DNA of 64,000 nt from positions 427 to 64,426 of the forward strand of contig CAYGJZ010000009.1 of NCBI GenBank assembly GCA_964350265.1, written 5' to 3'. Position numbers and translations under genes: made by a program. The notes beneath the pieces were generated by a model. That model saw nothing but the letters and a program-made list of their open reading frames with translations, was not told the DNA's origin and made no database searches. Positions 44,788 through 52,922 of the stretch are shown here, one piece after another; the stretch's first letter is position 1, and each line of letters begins with the position of its first letter. Source of the stretch: an uncultured Gammaproteobacteria bacterium. Lineage in GTDB: Bacteria; Pseudomonadota; Gammaproteobacteria; Arenicellales; CAJQKF01.

Positions 44788-44851
44788 TTGCCTTCTCCGA
44801 AGCGGGTTGTTCTGCGCGTTGCCGGGGGCACACACCGCAGAACGGCAAACT

Positions 44852-44880
44852 ATCGTAGATCGGAGAAATATTTTTTACAA
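44852..44880 (-). promoter_or_regulatory. candidate sigma-70 promoter TTGTAA-N17-TACGAT for the OMP/lipoprotein genes
   Basis: Read on the minus strand in an AT-rich patch between the aroB stop and the OMP start. Followed by an 8-bp stem (gttctgcg...cgcagaac) in the leader. Confidence 0.3.
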
Positions 44881-44910
44881 GAACTTGGCGCTTTTATTTA
44901 ATTTTCTTCA

Positions 44911-46020
44911 TCAATTGTCGCCATGATTTCGCCATGACTGCTCATCGCGCAGGCCGTCGAGGGTGGCACGCAGTGCGGCAGGGTCGTAGCCGTCGTCGAC
45001 GAAGGCCTCGCCGATGGCCCGGAGCAGCACCAGGCGCAGCTGGCCGTCGGTCACCTTCTTGTCCACCTTCATGCGCGCCAGCAGGGTGTCCGTGGACAGC
45101 GCCGCCGGTCCCCGGGTCGGCAGCCCGGCGGCATGCACCAGCGCCTCGATGCGAGCTCGCGCATCGTCGGCAAGGTAGCCGCTGCGCACCGACAGGTCCG
45201 CGGCCATGCACAGCCCGGCGGCCACCGCCTCGCCGTGCAGCCACTGGCCGTGGCCAAGCCCGGTCTCGATGGCGTGGCCGAAGGTATGACCCAGGTTGAG
45301 CAAGGCACGCAGGCCCGCCTCGCGCTCGTCGGCGGCAACCACCTCGGCCTTGATCCGGCAGCACCGCGCCACCGCCTCGGCCACCACTTCCGGATCAAGG
45401 GCAAGCAGGGCGGCCATGCGTTCTTCGAGCATGGCGAAGAAGCCGGCATCGCGCAGCAGCGCGGTCTTGATCACCTCGGCCGCGCCGGCGGCCAGTTCGC
45501 GGGCCGGCAAGGTGGCCAGCACGGCGGTGTCGGCGATCACCGCGCGCGGCTGGTAGAACAGGCCGATCATGTTCTTGCCCAGGCGGGCGTTCACTGCGGT
45601 CTTGCCACCCACCGAGGAATCCACCTGCGCCAGCAGGGTGGTCGGCACCTGCACGAAGGGCACGCCGCGCTGGTAGCAGCCGGCAACGAAGCCGGCGATG
45701 TCGCCGACCACGCCACCGCCGAGGGCAACCAGGGTGACGCGGCGGTCGCAGGGCACCTTGAGCAACTCGTCGACGATGTGCTCGGCCACCGCCATGGTCT
45801 TGTGCGACTCGCCGTCAGGCAGGATGCAGTGGTACACCTGGAAGGCCGACAATGCCTGGCTGACCCTGTCCAGGTACAACGGCGCCACCGTTTCGTTGCT
45901 CACGATCATCACCTGGCGGCCCTGCACGTGCGGTGCATACAGTTCCGCGCGGCCAATGAGATCGGGACCGATGTGTATCGGGTAGCTGCGCTCGCCGAGG
46001 TCGACGCTCAGGGTTTTCAT
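44911..46020 (-). CDS. aroB: 3-dehydroquinate synthase
   Basis: 369 aa. LVALGGGVVGDIAGFVA, VPTTLLAQVDSSVGGKT, GHTFGHAIE, HGEAVAAG. Confidence 0.92.
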   Translation of the reverse strand: MKTLSVDLGERSYPIHIGPDLIGRAELYAPHVQGRQVMIVSNETVAPLYLDRVSQALSAFQVYHCILPDGESHKTMAVAEHIVDELLKVPCDRRVTLVALGGGVVGDIAGFVAGCYQRGVPFVQVPTTLLAQVDSSVGGKTAVNARLGKNMIGLFYQPRAVIADTAVLATLPARELAAGAAEVIKTALLRDAGFFAMLEERMAALLALDPEVVAEAVARCCRIKAEVVAADEREAGLRALLNLGHTFGHAIETGLGHGQWLHGEAVAAGLCMAADLSVRSGYLADDARARIEALVHAAGLPTRGPAALSTDTLLARMKVDKKVTDGQLRLVLLRAIGEAFVDDGYDPAALRATLDGLRDEQSWRNHGDN

Positions 46021-46538
46021 AGTGAAAGGATACTCTCGTGGATGCGTCGGGCCAGTGACTGCGGCGAGCGGTCATCGACGCGGATCACCAGGTCGGCGAC
46101 CTCGCGGTAGAGGGGATCGCGCACTTCCATCAACTGGCCGATGGTCTGTTCCAGGTTGCCGCCGACGAGCAACGGCCGGTGCTTGCTGTTGCGGGTACGT
46201 CGCACCAGCCGCGCCACCGGCGCCAGCAGGTAGACGACGATGCCCGCGCCGCGCAGCAGCGCGCGGTTCTCCTCGCGGGTGACGACACCACCGCCGGTGG
46301 CGATGACGCTGCGCTGCCGCGACAGCAACTCGCGCAGCAGTTCGCTCTCGCGGCGACGGAAGCCGTCCTCGCCCTCGATCTCGAAGATCGTGGAGATGGT
46401 CACCCCGGTTCGCTGCTCGAGCTCGACGTCGCAGTCGACGAAGTCCAGCCCCGCCTGCCTGGCCAGCGCGCGGCCGACCGTGGTCTTGCCCACGCCCATG
46501 GGGCCGACGAGTATGAGATTGCGATCCTGGTTGTCCAC
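46017..46538 (-). CDS. aroK: shikimate kinase
   Basis: 173 aa. LVGPMGVGKTTVGRALA, FVDCD, ATGGGVV. 4-nt overlap with aroB, and the pilQ-aroK-aroB order is classic. Confidence 0.92.
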   Translation of the reverse strand: MDNQDRNLILVGPMGVGKTTVGRALARQAGLDFVDCDVELEQRTGVTISTIFEIEGEDGFRRRESELLRELLSRQRSVIATGGGVVTREENRALLRGAGIVVYLLAPVARLVRRTRNSKHRPLLVGGNLEQTIGQLMEVRDPLYREVADLVIRVDDRSPQSLARRIHESILSL

Positions 46539-46628
46539 GAATGACGACGGTTCAACGGCTGCCCGCGGGGCACCGCCCGGGCATACCCGGGCGGGCGCGG
46601 CAACGACGCCGGGAACGACCGGCGACGG

Positions 46629-49600
46629 CTACCGGTTCACGGTCAGCGTCGGGTCGAGGATGCGCGGCGTCAGGAAGATGAGCAACTCGGTGCGGTTGTC
46701 GAAGTTGTTCTTCTTGCGGAACAACGCGCCGAGCAGCGGGATGTCGCCGAGCAACGGTACCTTGGTGGTGGACTCGGACTTCTGCTGCTCGTAGATGCCG
46801 CCGATGACCACGGTCTCGCCGTTGTCGAGCAACACCTTGGTGCGAATCTGCTTGGTGTTGATGGTTGCCTGGTCTGCGGCAACGAAGGAGTCCTTGGTGA
46901 CGAAGACGTCGAGCACCATGCGATCGTCAGGGGTGATCTGCGGGGTCACGGTCAGGCCGAGCACCGCCTTCTTGGTCACCACGCCGCCCTCGCCGAGCAC
47001 GCTGGTGGTGAAGATGCGCTCCTGGCCCTGCTCGATGTGCGCCTCGCTCTGGTCGGTGGTCAACAACCGCGGGTTGGCGATGACCTTGCCGGTGCCCTCG
47101 GCCTCCAGCGCGGAGATCTCTAGATCGATCAGGTGCGAGAAGCCCGAGCCGGCCTTGGCCAGGGTGAAGGCATAGGAGGCGGCATTGGCATTGCCGACGC
47201 CGTCTGCGGGCAGGTTCACGCTGACGCCGCCACGATCACCGACCGTGCCGCCGGCGCGCACCAGGTCGTTGTCCTCGATGGTTGCCGAGCCGATGGCGGT
47301 ACCGATGTTGGAGTCGCTGACGCCGGGGAAGCGGGCGTTCTCGGTCACCCGGGTGAAGCCCAGCCGGGCGCCGATGTTGCGGCTGAAGTCGTCGTTGGCC
47401 TCGACGATGCGGGTCTCGATGAGCACCTGGCGCACCGGCCGGTCGAGCTGGGCGATCAGCTTGCGCACCTCGCGGATCTTCTCCCGCGTATCCTGCACCA
47501 GCAGCGTGTTGGTGCGCGGATCGACGGTGACGTTGCCGCGCTCGGACAACAGCGTGTTGCTCTCGGTCTGCACCTCGCTGATGGACACGCTGCCGAAGAA
47601 GGACGGCTGGTAGCCGGTGTCCACCGCGCGCACCGATTTCAGGATGTCGGCGATGTCCGAGGCCTTGGCGTAGTTGATCTGGATCAGCTCGGAGACCAGC
47701 GGCTCGAGGTCGGAGACCTGGTTCTGCGCCTCCAGCGCCTGGCGTTCCTTGGCGGCGATTTCCTCCGAGGGCGCCACCCAGACCACGTTGCCGCGCTGGC
47801 GCTTGGCCAGGCCCTTGACCTGCAGGATGGTATCCAGCGCCTGGTCCCAGGGCACGTCCTGCAGACGCAGGGAAAGGTCGCCGCTGACGCTGTCGCTGGT
47901 GACGAAGTTCAACCCGGTGAAGTCGGCAATGACCTGCAGCGCGGCACGCACCGAGATGCGCTGGAAGTTGAAGGACAGGCGATCGCCGACGTAGCCGAAC
48001 TCGTCCGGCTCGCGCTCGTCGTCGCTGGCCAGGATCGGCGAGACCTGCACGGTGAGGGTGTCGCCGACCTGGTAGGAGGAATAGGAATACTCGCCCACCG
48101 GGCTGACCACCATGCGCGCGCCGGCACCGGCGAAGAAGGTGTCGACGGTCTGCACCGGGGTGGCGAAGTCGGTGACGTCGAGGCGCTTCTCCAGCGACTG
48201 CGGCAGGTTGGTGCCGGGGAAGTCGATGACGATCTCGCCGGCCTCGTCGCGCACGTCGACGCCGATTTCCGGGCTGGACAGCTTGACCGTGATCTTGCCG
48301 CCACCTTCCGGGGTGCGACGGAAGTCGACGTTCTCGACGTTGTAGGCCAGGTCGCGGCTGGTGGCGCTCTCGAAGGCCGGGCTGGTGCGCGCGGTGGTGG
48401 CCAGCTGGCGATCGGTGGGCGAGGCGAGCACCAGGGCGAGACCCTGGGCGGCCGGCCGCTGCTCGAAGTCCACCGGCGCGACGAGATTGAGAATGACCCG
48501 GGTGCGGTCGTCGGTCTGCGCGGTGACGATGCTTTCCACCGCGCCGAAGCCGACCCGCTGAATGGTTTCCGCGACGCCGTTGGCGGTGTCGAAGAAGTCG
48601 AGCACGATGCGCGGCGGCTGGTTGGTGCGGAACACCCCGGGCTCGGCGCTGGCGTCGACGTCGAAGTTCACCTGCAGGCGACCACCGGGCAACTCGGCAT
48701 AGGTGATGCCGGACAGGCGCGGTACCGCGGTGGCGGCAGGGGTCGGATCGGCGGGCGCATCCTGCGCCTGGACCTCGACCTGTGCCTGGGCCTGTGGCTG
48801 GGCCGGGTCGGCGGATTCCACCATCGGCGGCGGCGGGGCGGCGGGCTGCGCGGGGGCGGCCGCCGAGGAGACCTGTGCCTGGCTGGCGGCCATTTCCTCG
48901 ATCACCGCCTGCTCGAGCTGTTGCTCGGTCACCGACGGCGGCGGCGGCACCGCGGCCGGCTGGGCCGCGCGCTGCACGGGCAGCTCCACGGCTGGCTCCG
49001 CGCTCGTGCTCGGCGCCGCACCGGCGGCGGGGGCGTTGTCGGCCAGCGCGGCCGGGGCGGGGTCGGCGGCGCCGTTGGTGGCCGGCAGCACCACGCGGGC
49101 ACGCTCGCCGTCGGCCGGATCCGCGGTCGCGGTACGGGCGGCCTCGGCCACCTGCTCGGCAACCTGGTTCTCGGCCTGCTGGTTCTCGGCTTGGGCCGGG
49201 TCCGCGACGGGGGCGGCAGGCGTCGGGCTGTCGGCGACCTCGGCGGAGCGGTTGGAGGATTCGATCTCCTGGAGCACGCTGCGCTCGAGATCGGACATGC
49301 CGTTGTAGGCGCCCGGGTCGCGACCCTCGGCAGCCGCTGCCTGGGTGGCCGGGGCGGCCGGGGCCGCCGGGATCGATGCCTGGCTGACCGCCTCGCCGGC
49401 GGCGGCGCCCTCGCGTACGGCGATGCGGTAACCGCCGTCCACCGGGGTAATGTCCAGCGAACCGGCGGATTTCAGCAGGATGTCGAAATTGGCGCGGTTG
49501 GGGGAGTCGGTCTCGTAGGGAAACACGCCGCGCACGATGCCCGACTCGCCGATGTCGCGAATCTCCCGCGACAGCCTGGCCTCGGGAAAGGACACGCGCA

Positions 49601-49823
49601 GTCGGTAGCCGTTGTCGAGCACCTCGGTGGTGTAGTCCAGGCCGTCCGGGGTGTTGATGCCGAAGACCGCCTGCTCGCCTTCCAGCCAGCGCAGCTCGGC
49701 CACTTCCTGGGCCACCGCCGCCAGCGGCGCCAGCGCGAGGACCAGCCATGCACCGAGCATGCCCGGGCGCAATGCCCGCCCGGCAGGACCGCCGCGGGAT
49801 CGTGTTCCGTTGAAGAAGTTCAA
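46629..49823 (-). CDS. pilQ: type IV pilus secretin PilQ, over-length (three AMIN-like modules plus ~230-aa low-complexity spacer)
   Basis: Frame of ORF 46629..49934. Start TTG 49823, 1 nt after the pilP stop (alternative ATG 49760). C-terminal secretin pattern VPLLGDIPLLGALFR...ELLIFLTPRI; N0/N1 LSFNFQRISVRAALQVIADFTGLNFV. Confidence 0.85.
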   Translation of the reverse strand: MNFFNGTRSRGGPAGRALRPGMLGAWLVLALAPLAAVAQEVAELRWLEGEQAVFGINTPDGLDYTTEVLDNGYRLRVSFPEARLSREIRDIGESGIVRGVFPYETDSPNRANFDILLKSAGSLDITPVDGGYRIAVREGAAAGEAVSQASIPAAPAAPATQAAAAEGRDPGAYNGMSDLERSVLQEIESSNRSAEVADSPTPAAPVADPAQAENQQAENQVAEQVAEAARTATADPADGERARVVLPATNGAADPAPAALADNAPAAGAAPSTSAEPAVELPVQRAAQPAAVPPPPSVTEQQLEQAVIEEMAASQAQVSSAAAPAQPAAPPPPMVESADPAQPQAQAQVEVQAQDAPADPTPAATAVPRLSGITYAELPGGRLQVNFDVDASAEPGVFRTNQPPRIVLDFFDTANGVAETIQRVGFGAVESIVTAQTDDRTRVILNLVAPVDFEQRPAAQGLALVLASPTDRQLATTARTSPAFESATSRDLAYNVENVDFRRTPEGGGKITVKLSSPEIGVDVRDEAGEIVIDFPGTNLPQSLEKRLDVTDFATPVQTVDTFFAGAGARMVVSPVGEYSYSSYQVGDTLTVQVSPILASDDEREPDEFGYVGDRLSFNFQRISVRAALQVIADFTGLNFVTSDSVSGDLSLRLQDVPWDQALDTILQVKGLAKRQRGNVVWVAPSEEIAAKERQALEAQNQVSDLEPLVSELIQINYAKASDIADILKSVRAVDTGYQPSFFGSVSISEVQTESNTLLSERGNVTVDPRTNTLLVQDTREKIREVRKLIAQLDRPVRQVLIETRIVEANDDFSRNIGARLGFTRVTENARFPGVSDSNIGTAIGSATIEDNDLVRAGGTVGDRGGVSVNLPADGVGNANAASYAFTLAKAGSGFSHLIDLEISALEAEGTGKVIANPRLLTTDQSEAHIEQGQERIFTTSVLGEGGVVTKKAVLGLTVTPQITPDDRMVLDVFVTKDSFVAADQATINTKQIRTKVLLDNGETVVIGGIYEQQKSESTTKVPLLGDIPLLGALFRKKNNFDNRTELLIFLTPRILDPTLTVNR

Positions 49824-49824
49824 A

Positions 49825-50370
49825 TCACTGTACCAGGTTGAGCGTGGCTCGGCGTTCCTCCCACTGACCCGCAGGGCCCTTGACCACTTCCCGCAAAACG
49901 ATTTCCTGCTCGGTAATGTCGATGATCTTACCATTTTGCTGTCCCACGTGGTTGCCCCGGGTCACGGTGTGGGTACCGCCGTCGGGTGCGCCGATCAGCG
50001 CCCATTCCGTGCCCTCCCGGGACATGGTGCCGAACATGCGCAGCGCGTCGAGCGGAAACTGTTCCAGCGGCTCGCGCCGCCGCTGGGGTTCGAAGACGTC
50101 GCCGGCGCCGTCGGACACCACCGGGTCGTTCTTGCGCAGGTTGAGCGACAGGAACGGGTCGACGAAGGCTTCGCCGGCATAGACGTAGCTTTCATAGGGT
50201 TCCAGCTGCGGCAACGGCTCGACCTCCGGGCGGGTGTCCTTGAAGGCGTCACGGGTGAATTGGCGCAGGTCTTCCAGGTCCGCGCCACGCTCGCAGCCGG
50301 CCAGCAGCAGGGCCGCGGCGACGACGACGACGACACCGGCCGGTCGGGAGAATGGGGGTGTTGCAGGCAT
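49825..50370 (-). CDS. pilP: type IV pilus assembly lipoprotein PilP
   Basis: ATG 50370. Lipobox LLLAGC. Position between pilO and pilQ; C-terminal beta domain REGTEWALIGAPDG...VTRGNHVGQQNGKII. Confidence 0.85.
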   Translation of the reverse strand: MPATPPFSRPAGVVVVVAAALLLAGCERGADLEDLRQFTRDAFKDTRPEVEPLPQLEPYESYVYAGEAFVDPFLSLNLRKNDPVVSDGAGDVFEPQRRREPLEQFPLDALRMFGTMSREGTEWALIGAPDGGTHTVTRGNHVGQQNGKIIDITEQEIVLREVVKGPAGQWEERRATLNLVQ

Positions 50371-50374
50371 CGGG

Positions 50375-51007
50375 TTACTGGCGCACGGTGCGCACCGGCT
50401 TGCCGTTGCGCGATGCCGCCGCATCGGGTTCATCGAGGTAGCGGTAGGTCTTGACCACCGCGCTGACGGAGAGCTGGCCATTGGGCTGACCCGACATGGA
50501 CAGGTTGCCAAGGGTGACGATGCGCGGCAGGGCCGCGAGATCGCTGACGAACTGGCTGAACTGGTGATAGGTGCCGCGCACGCTCAGGTCGATGGGCAAG
50601 GTGGCGTAGAAATCGCCCACCTGCTCGCGCTGCGGCTTGAACAGCGAGAACTCCAGCCCGCGGGCAAGACCTGCCTGGGTGATGTCGATCAACAGCTGCG
50701 GCACCTCGGTGCGGTCGGGCAGCTGGTCCACCAGCACGCCGAAGGACTCTTCCATGATGGTCAGCTGCTCGCGGTAGACGGGCAGGTTGATGGCCTTGCC
50801 CTTGCGGTCGAGGAAGGTGGCGCGCAGGTTGGTCTCCTCGCGCTCGAGTCGCTCCAGCTCGTCGATCTGGGTACTGACCAGGAACTTGTAGCCGGCCCAC
50901 AGGATGCCGCCGAACACCAGCATCACGACGAAGGCCTTGAACCACTGCGGCCAGGTCGACAGGTCGGCGACGTCCATCTCCTGCAGGTCGGAAAGATTGA
51001 TGGCCAT
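50375..51007 (-). CDS. pilO: type IV pilus assembly protein PilO
   Basis: 210 aa. N-terminal TM, coiled coil, IDITQAGLARGLEF...LPIDLSVRGTYHQFSQFVSDLAALPRIV. Confidence 0.88.
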   Translation of the reverse strand: MAINLSDLQEMDVADLSTWPQWFKAFVVMLVFGGILWAGYKFLVSTQIDELERLEREETNLRATFLDRKGKAINLPVYREQLTIMEESFGVLVDQLPDRTEVPQLLIDITQAGLARGLEFSLFKPQREQVGDFYATLPIDLSVRGTYHQFSQFVSDLAALPRIVTLGNLSMSGQPNGQLSVSAVVKTYRYLDEPDAAASRNGKPVRTVRQ

Positions 51008-51013
51008 CGCTGC

Positions 51014-51583
51014 CTACCCCGCGCGGTTTTCGTCGGTTTTCACTGGACCGGCCCGGCGGATGTCCAGGGTGAAGGCACTGACCCGGCCGCTGCTGTCGCC
51101 GATCACGTTGATCACGTTGAGCTTCGGGTCGTGGAACCAGGCCGAGTCCTCCAGCGCGCGCATGAACGCCGAGACCCGGGCATTGGACTGCGCCCGCCCC
51201 TCCAGCACCACCGCCTCGTCGCGCTTGGTCAGCCGGGTCAGGAACACGCCCTCGGGCAGGATCCGCACCAGGTCGTCGACGATGCGCACCAGCTCGGTAC
51301 GGTTCTGCTGCAACCCCTGGATGACCTGCATGCGCGCGATCAGGCGGTCGCGTCTCTCGCGCAGGTCGTTGATTTCCTTGATCTCGTCTTCCAGCGCGCC
51401 GATCTCCGTGCGCAGGAAGGCATTGCGCGCATTCTGCTGGTCCTTGCGCAGCTCCATGTACTGGTAGACACCGAGCACGATCAGCGCCGCCACCAGCCAC
51501 AGGCCCACGGTGAAGGTGGCCAGCTGGCGCGATCGCCGCTCGCGCTGCTCGTCGCGCCAGGGCAGCAGGTTGATGCCGTTCAT
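51014..51583 (-). CDS. pilN: type IV pilus assembly protein PilN
   Basis: 189 aa. INLLPWRDEQRERR is the conserved PilN N-terminus, followed by a TM segment. Confidence 0.88.
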   Translation of the reverse strand: MNGINLLPWRDEQRERRSRQLATFTVGLWLVAALIVLGVYQYMELRKDQQNARNAFLRTEIGALEDEIKEINDLRERRDRLIARMQVIQGLQQNRTELVRIVDDLVRILPEGVFLTRLTKRDEAVVLEGRAQSNARVSAFMRALEDSAWFHDPKLNVINVIGDSSGRVSAFTLDIRRAGPVKTDENRAG

Positions 51584-52638
51584 CGCGCCGCCCCGCGCAT
51601 GGCCAGGCCGCAGGCGGTGAACAGCACCGGGGCATAGCGCTTCAGACGGTCACCGGAAACGCCCGAACCGAGCCGGGTGTTGGCGAAGGGATAGGCCAGG
51701 CGGGCATTCAGCCCGGTCTTCTCGGCGATGCGCTCGACCACCCCGGGCAGGCCGGCGCTGCCGCCGGTGACGAAGACGTGATCGACCTGGCTGAACTGGG
51801 TCGAGGAGATGAACAGCGAGATCGCCCGGTTCGCCTCCAGCGCCATCGACTCGACGAAGGGCTCGAGGATGTCGGTGCGGTAGTTCTCGGGCAGGTCGCC
51901 GCTGCGCTTCTTGTTCTCGGCCTCGGTGAAGGAGATGCCGAAGCGGCGCTGGATGCTCTCGGTGAGCGTCTTGCCACCGAAGGGATAGTCGCGGTGATAG
52001 ACCAGTCGACGGCGATGCAGCACGTACAGGTGGCTGGCGGTGGTGCCGTAGTCGACGATGGCCACGACCTTCTCCACGCCGCCGCCGGACAGCGACGGCG
52101 CCACCAGCTCGAAGGCGCGCTGGTTGGCCAGCGAGGTGATCTCCATCACCACCGGCTTCAACCCGCCGGCGGTCAGCGCGCTGACCCGCTCGTCGACGAT
52201 GTCCTTGCGGCAGGCGGCCAGCATGACCTCGTCATTGGCCGGATTCTCCACCGACGGCGCCAACAGCTCGAAGTCGAGGTTGACCTCGGCGATGGAATAG
52301 GGAATGTAGTGCTCCGCCTCCACTTCCACCTGCTGTTCCAGGTCGGCGCCGCTCATGCCGCCGGGCACGTTGATGACCTTGCTGATGGCCTGCGCCGCCG
52401 CCACCGCGGCGACGCCGTGGCTGCGCCTGGAGCCGGACTTCTGCACCGCGTTGCGGATGGCCTTGCCCACGCGCTCGATATCGGTGATGGAGTTCTCCAC
52501 CACGATGTTGCGTGGCAGCGGTTCCACGGCAAAGCGCTCGACCCGGTAGCGGCCCCGGTTTTCGCTCATCTCCATGACCTTTACCGCGGCCGAGCCGATG
52601 TCGACACCGAGTGCAGGAGGCGTTTTCTTGCTGAACAC
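51580..52638 (-). CDS. pilM: type IV pilus assembly ATPase-fold protein PilM
   Basis: GTG 52638 ((M)FSKKTPPALGVDIGSAAVKVMEMS...). Actin-like fold motifs; 4-nt overlap with pilN. Confidence 0.88.
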   Translation of the reverse strand: MFSKKTPPALGVDIGSAAVKVMEMSENRGRYRVERFAVEPLPRNIVVENSITDIERVGKAIRNAVQKSGSRRSHGVAAVAAAQAISKVINVPGGMSGADLEQQVEVEAEHYIPYSIAEVNLDFELLAPSVENPANDEVMLAACRKDIVDERVSALTAGGLKPVVMEITSLANQRAFELVAPSLSGGGVEKVVAIVDYGTTASHLYVLHRRRLVYHRDYPFGGKTLTESIQRRFGISFTEAENKKRSGDLPENYRTDILEPFVESMALEANRAISLFISSTQFSQVDHVFVTGGSAGLPGVVERIAEKTGLNARLAYPFANTRLGSGVSGDRLKRYAPVLFTACGLAMRGAAR

Positions 52639-52922
52639 GAAATCTTTACTTTTTATACAGTTGGGCCGATCACTTGAAGAATATACTTTACAATATCGGA
52701 TAAAACCAGATACTGGCGCGGTGGCCGCGCGGCGCTCGGGCACGCATGCCCACCTGCCCCGCCAGCGACCTTCGCGTCCCGGCCGTTCTGTTATGATAGC
52801 CAAAACTCTGCGCCGAAACAGGATCCGGCCCGCCATGTATCGGGCCAAATGCCCAGCCCGTCTGAAAACCTTGCCGCTCGCACGCCATGCCGAGATCTAG
52901 ACCCACCGGCGCTTCGTCGGCC

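Noticed and set aside
47133-49841. 902-aa plus-strand and 837-aa minus-strand (47236-49749) ORFs overlapping pilQ
   Set aside because: These are alternative frames of the pilQ region. Only the 46629-49823 frame gives the secretin, N0/N1 and AMIN patterns and fits pilMNOP synteny.
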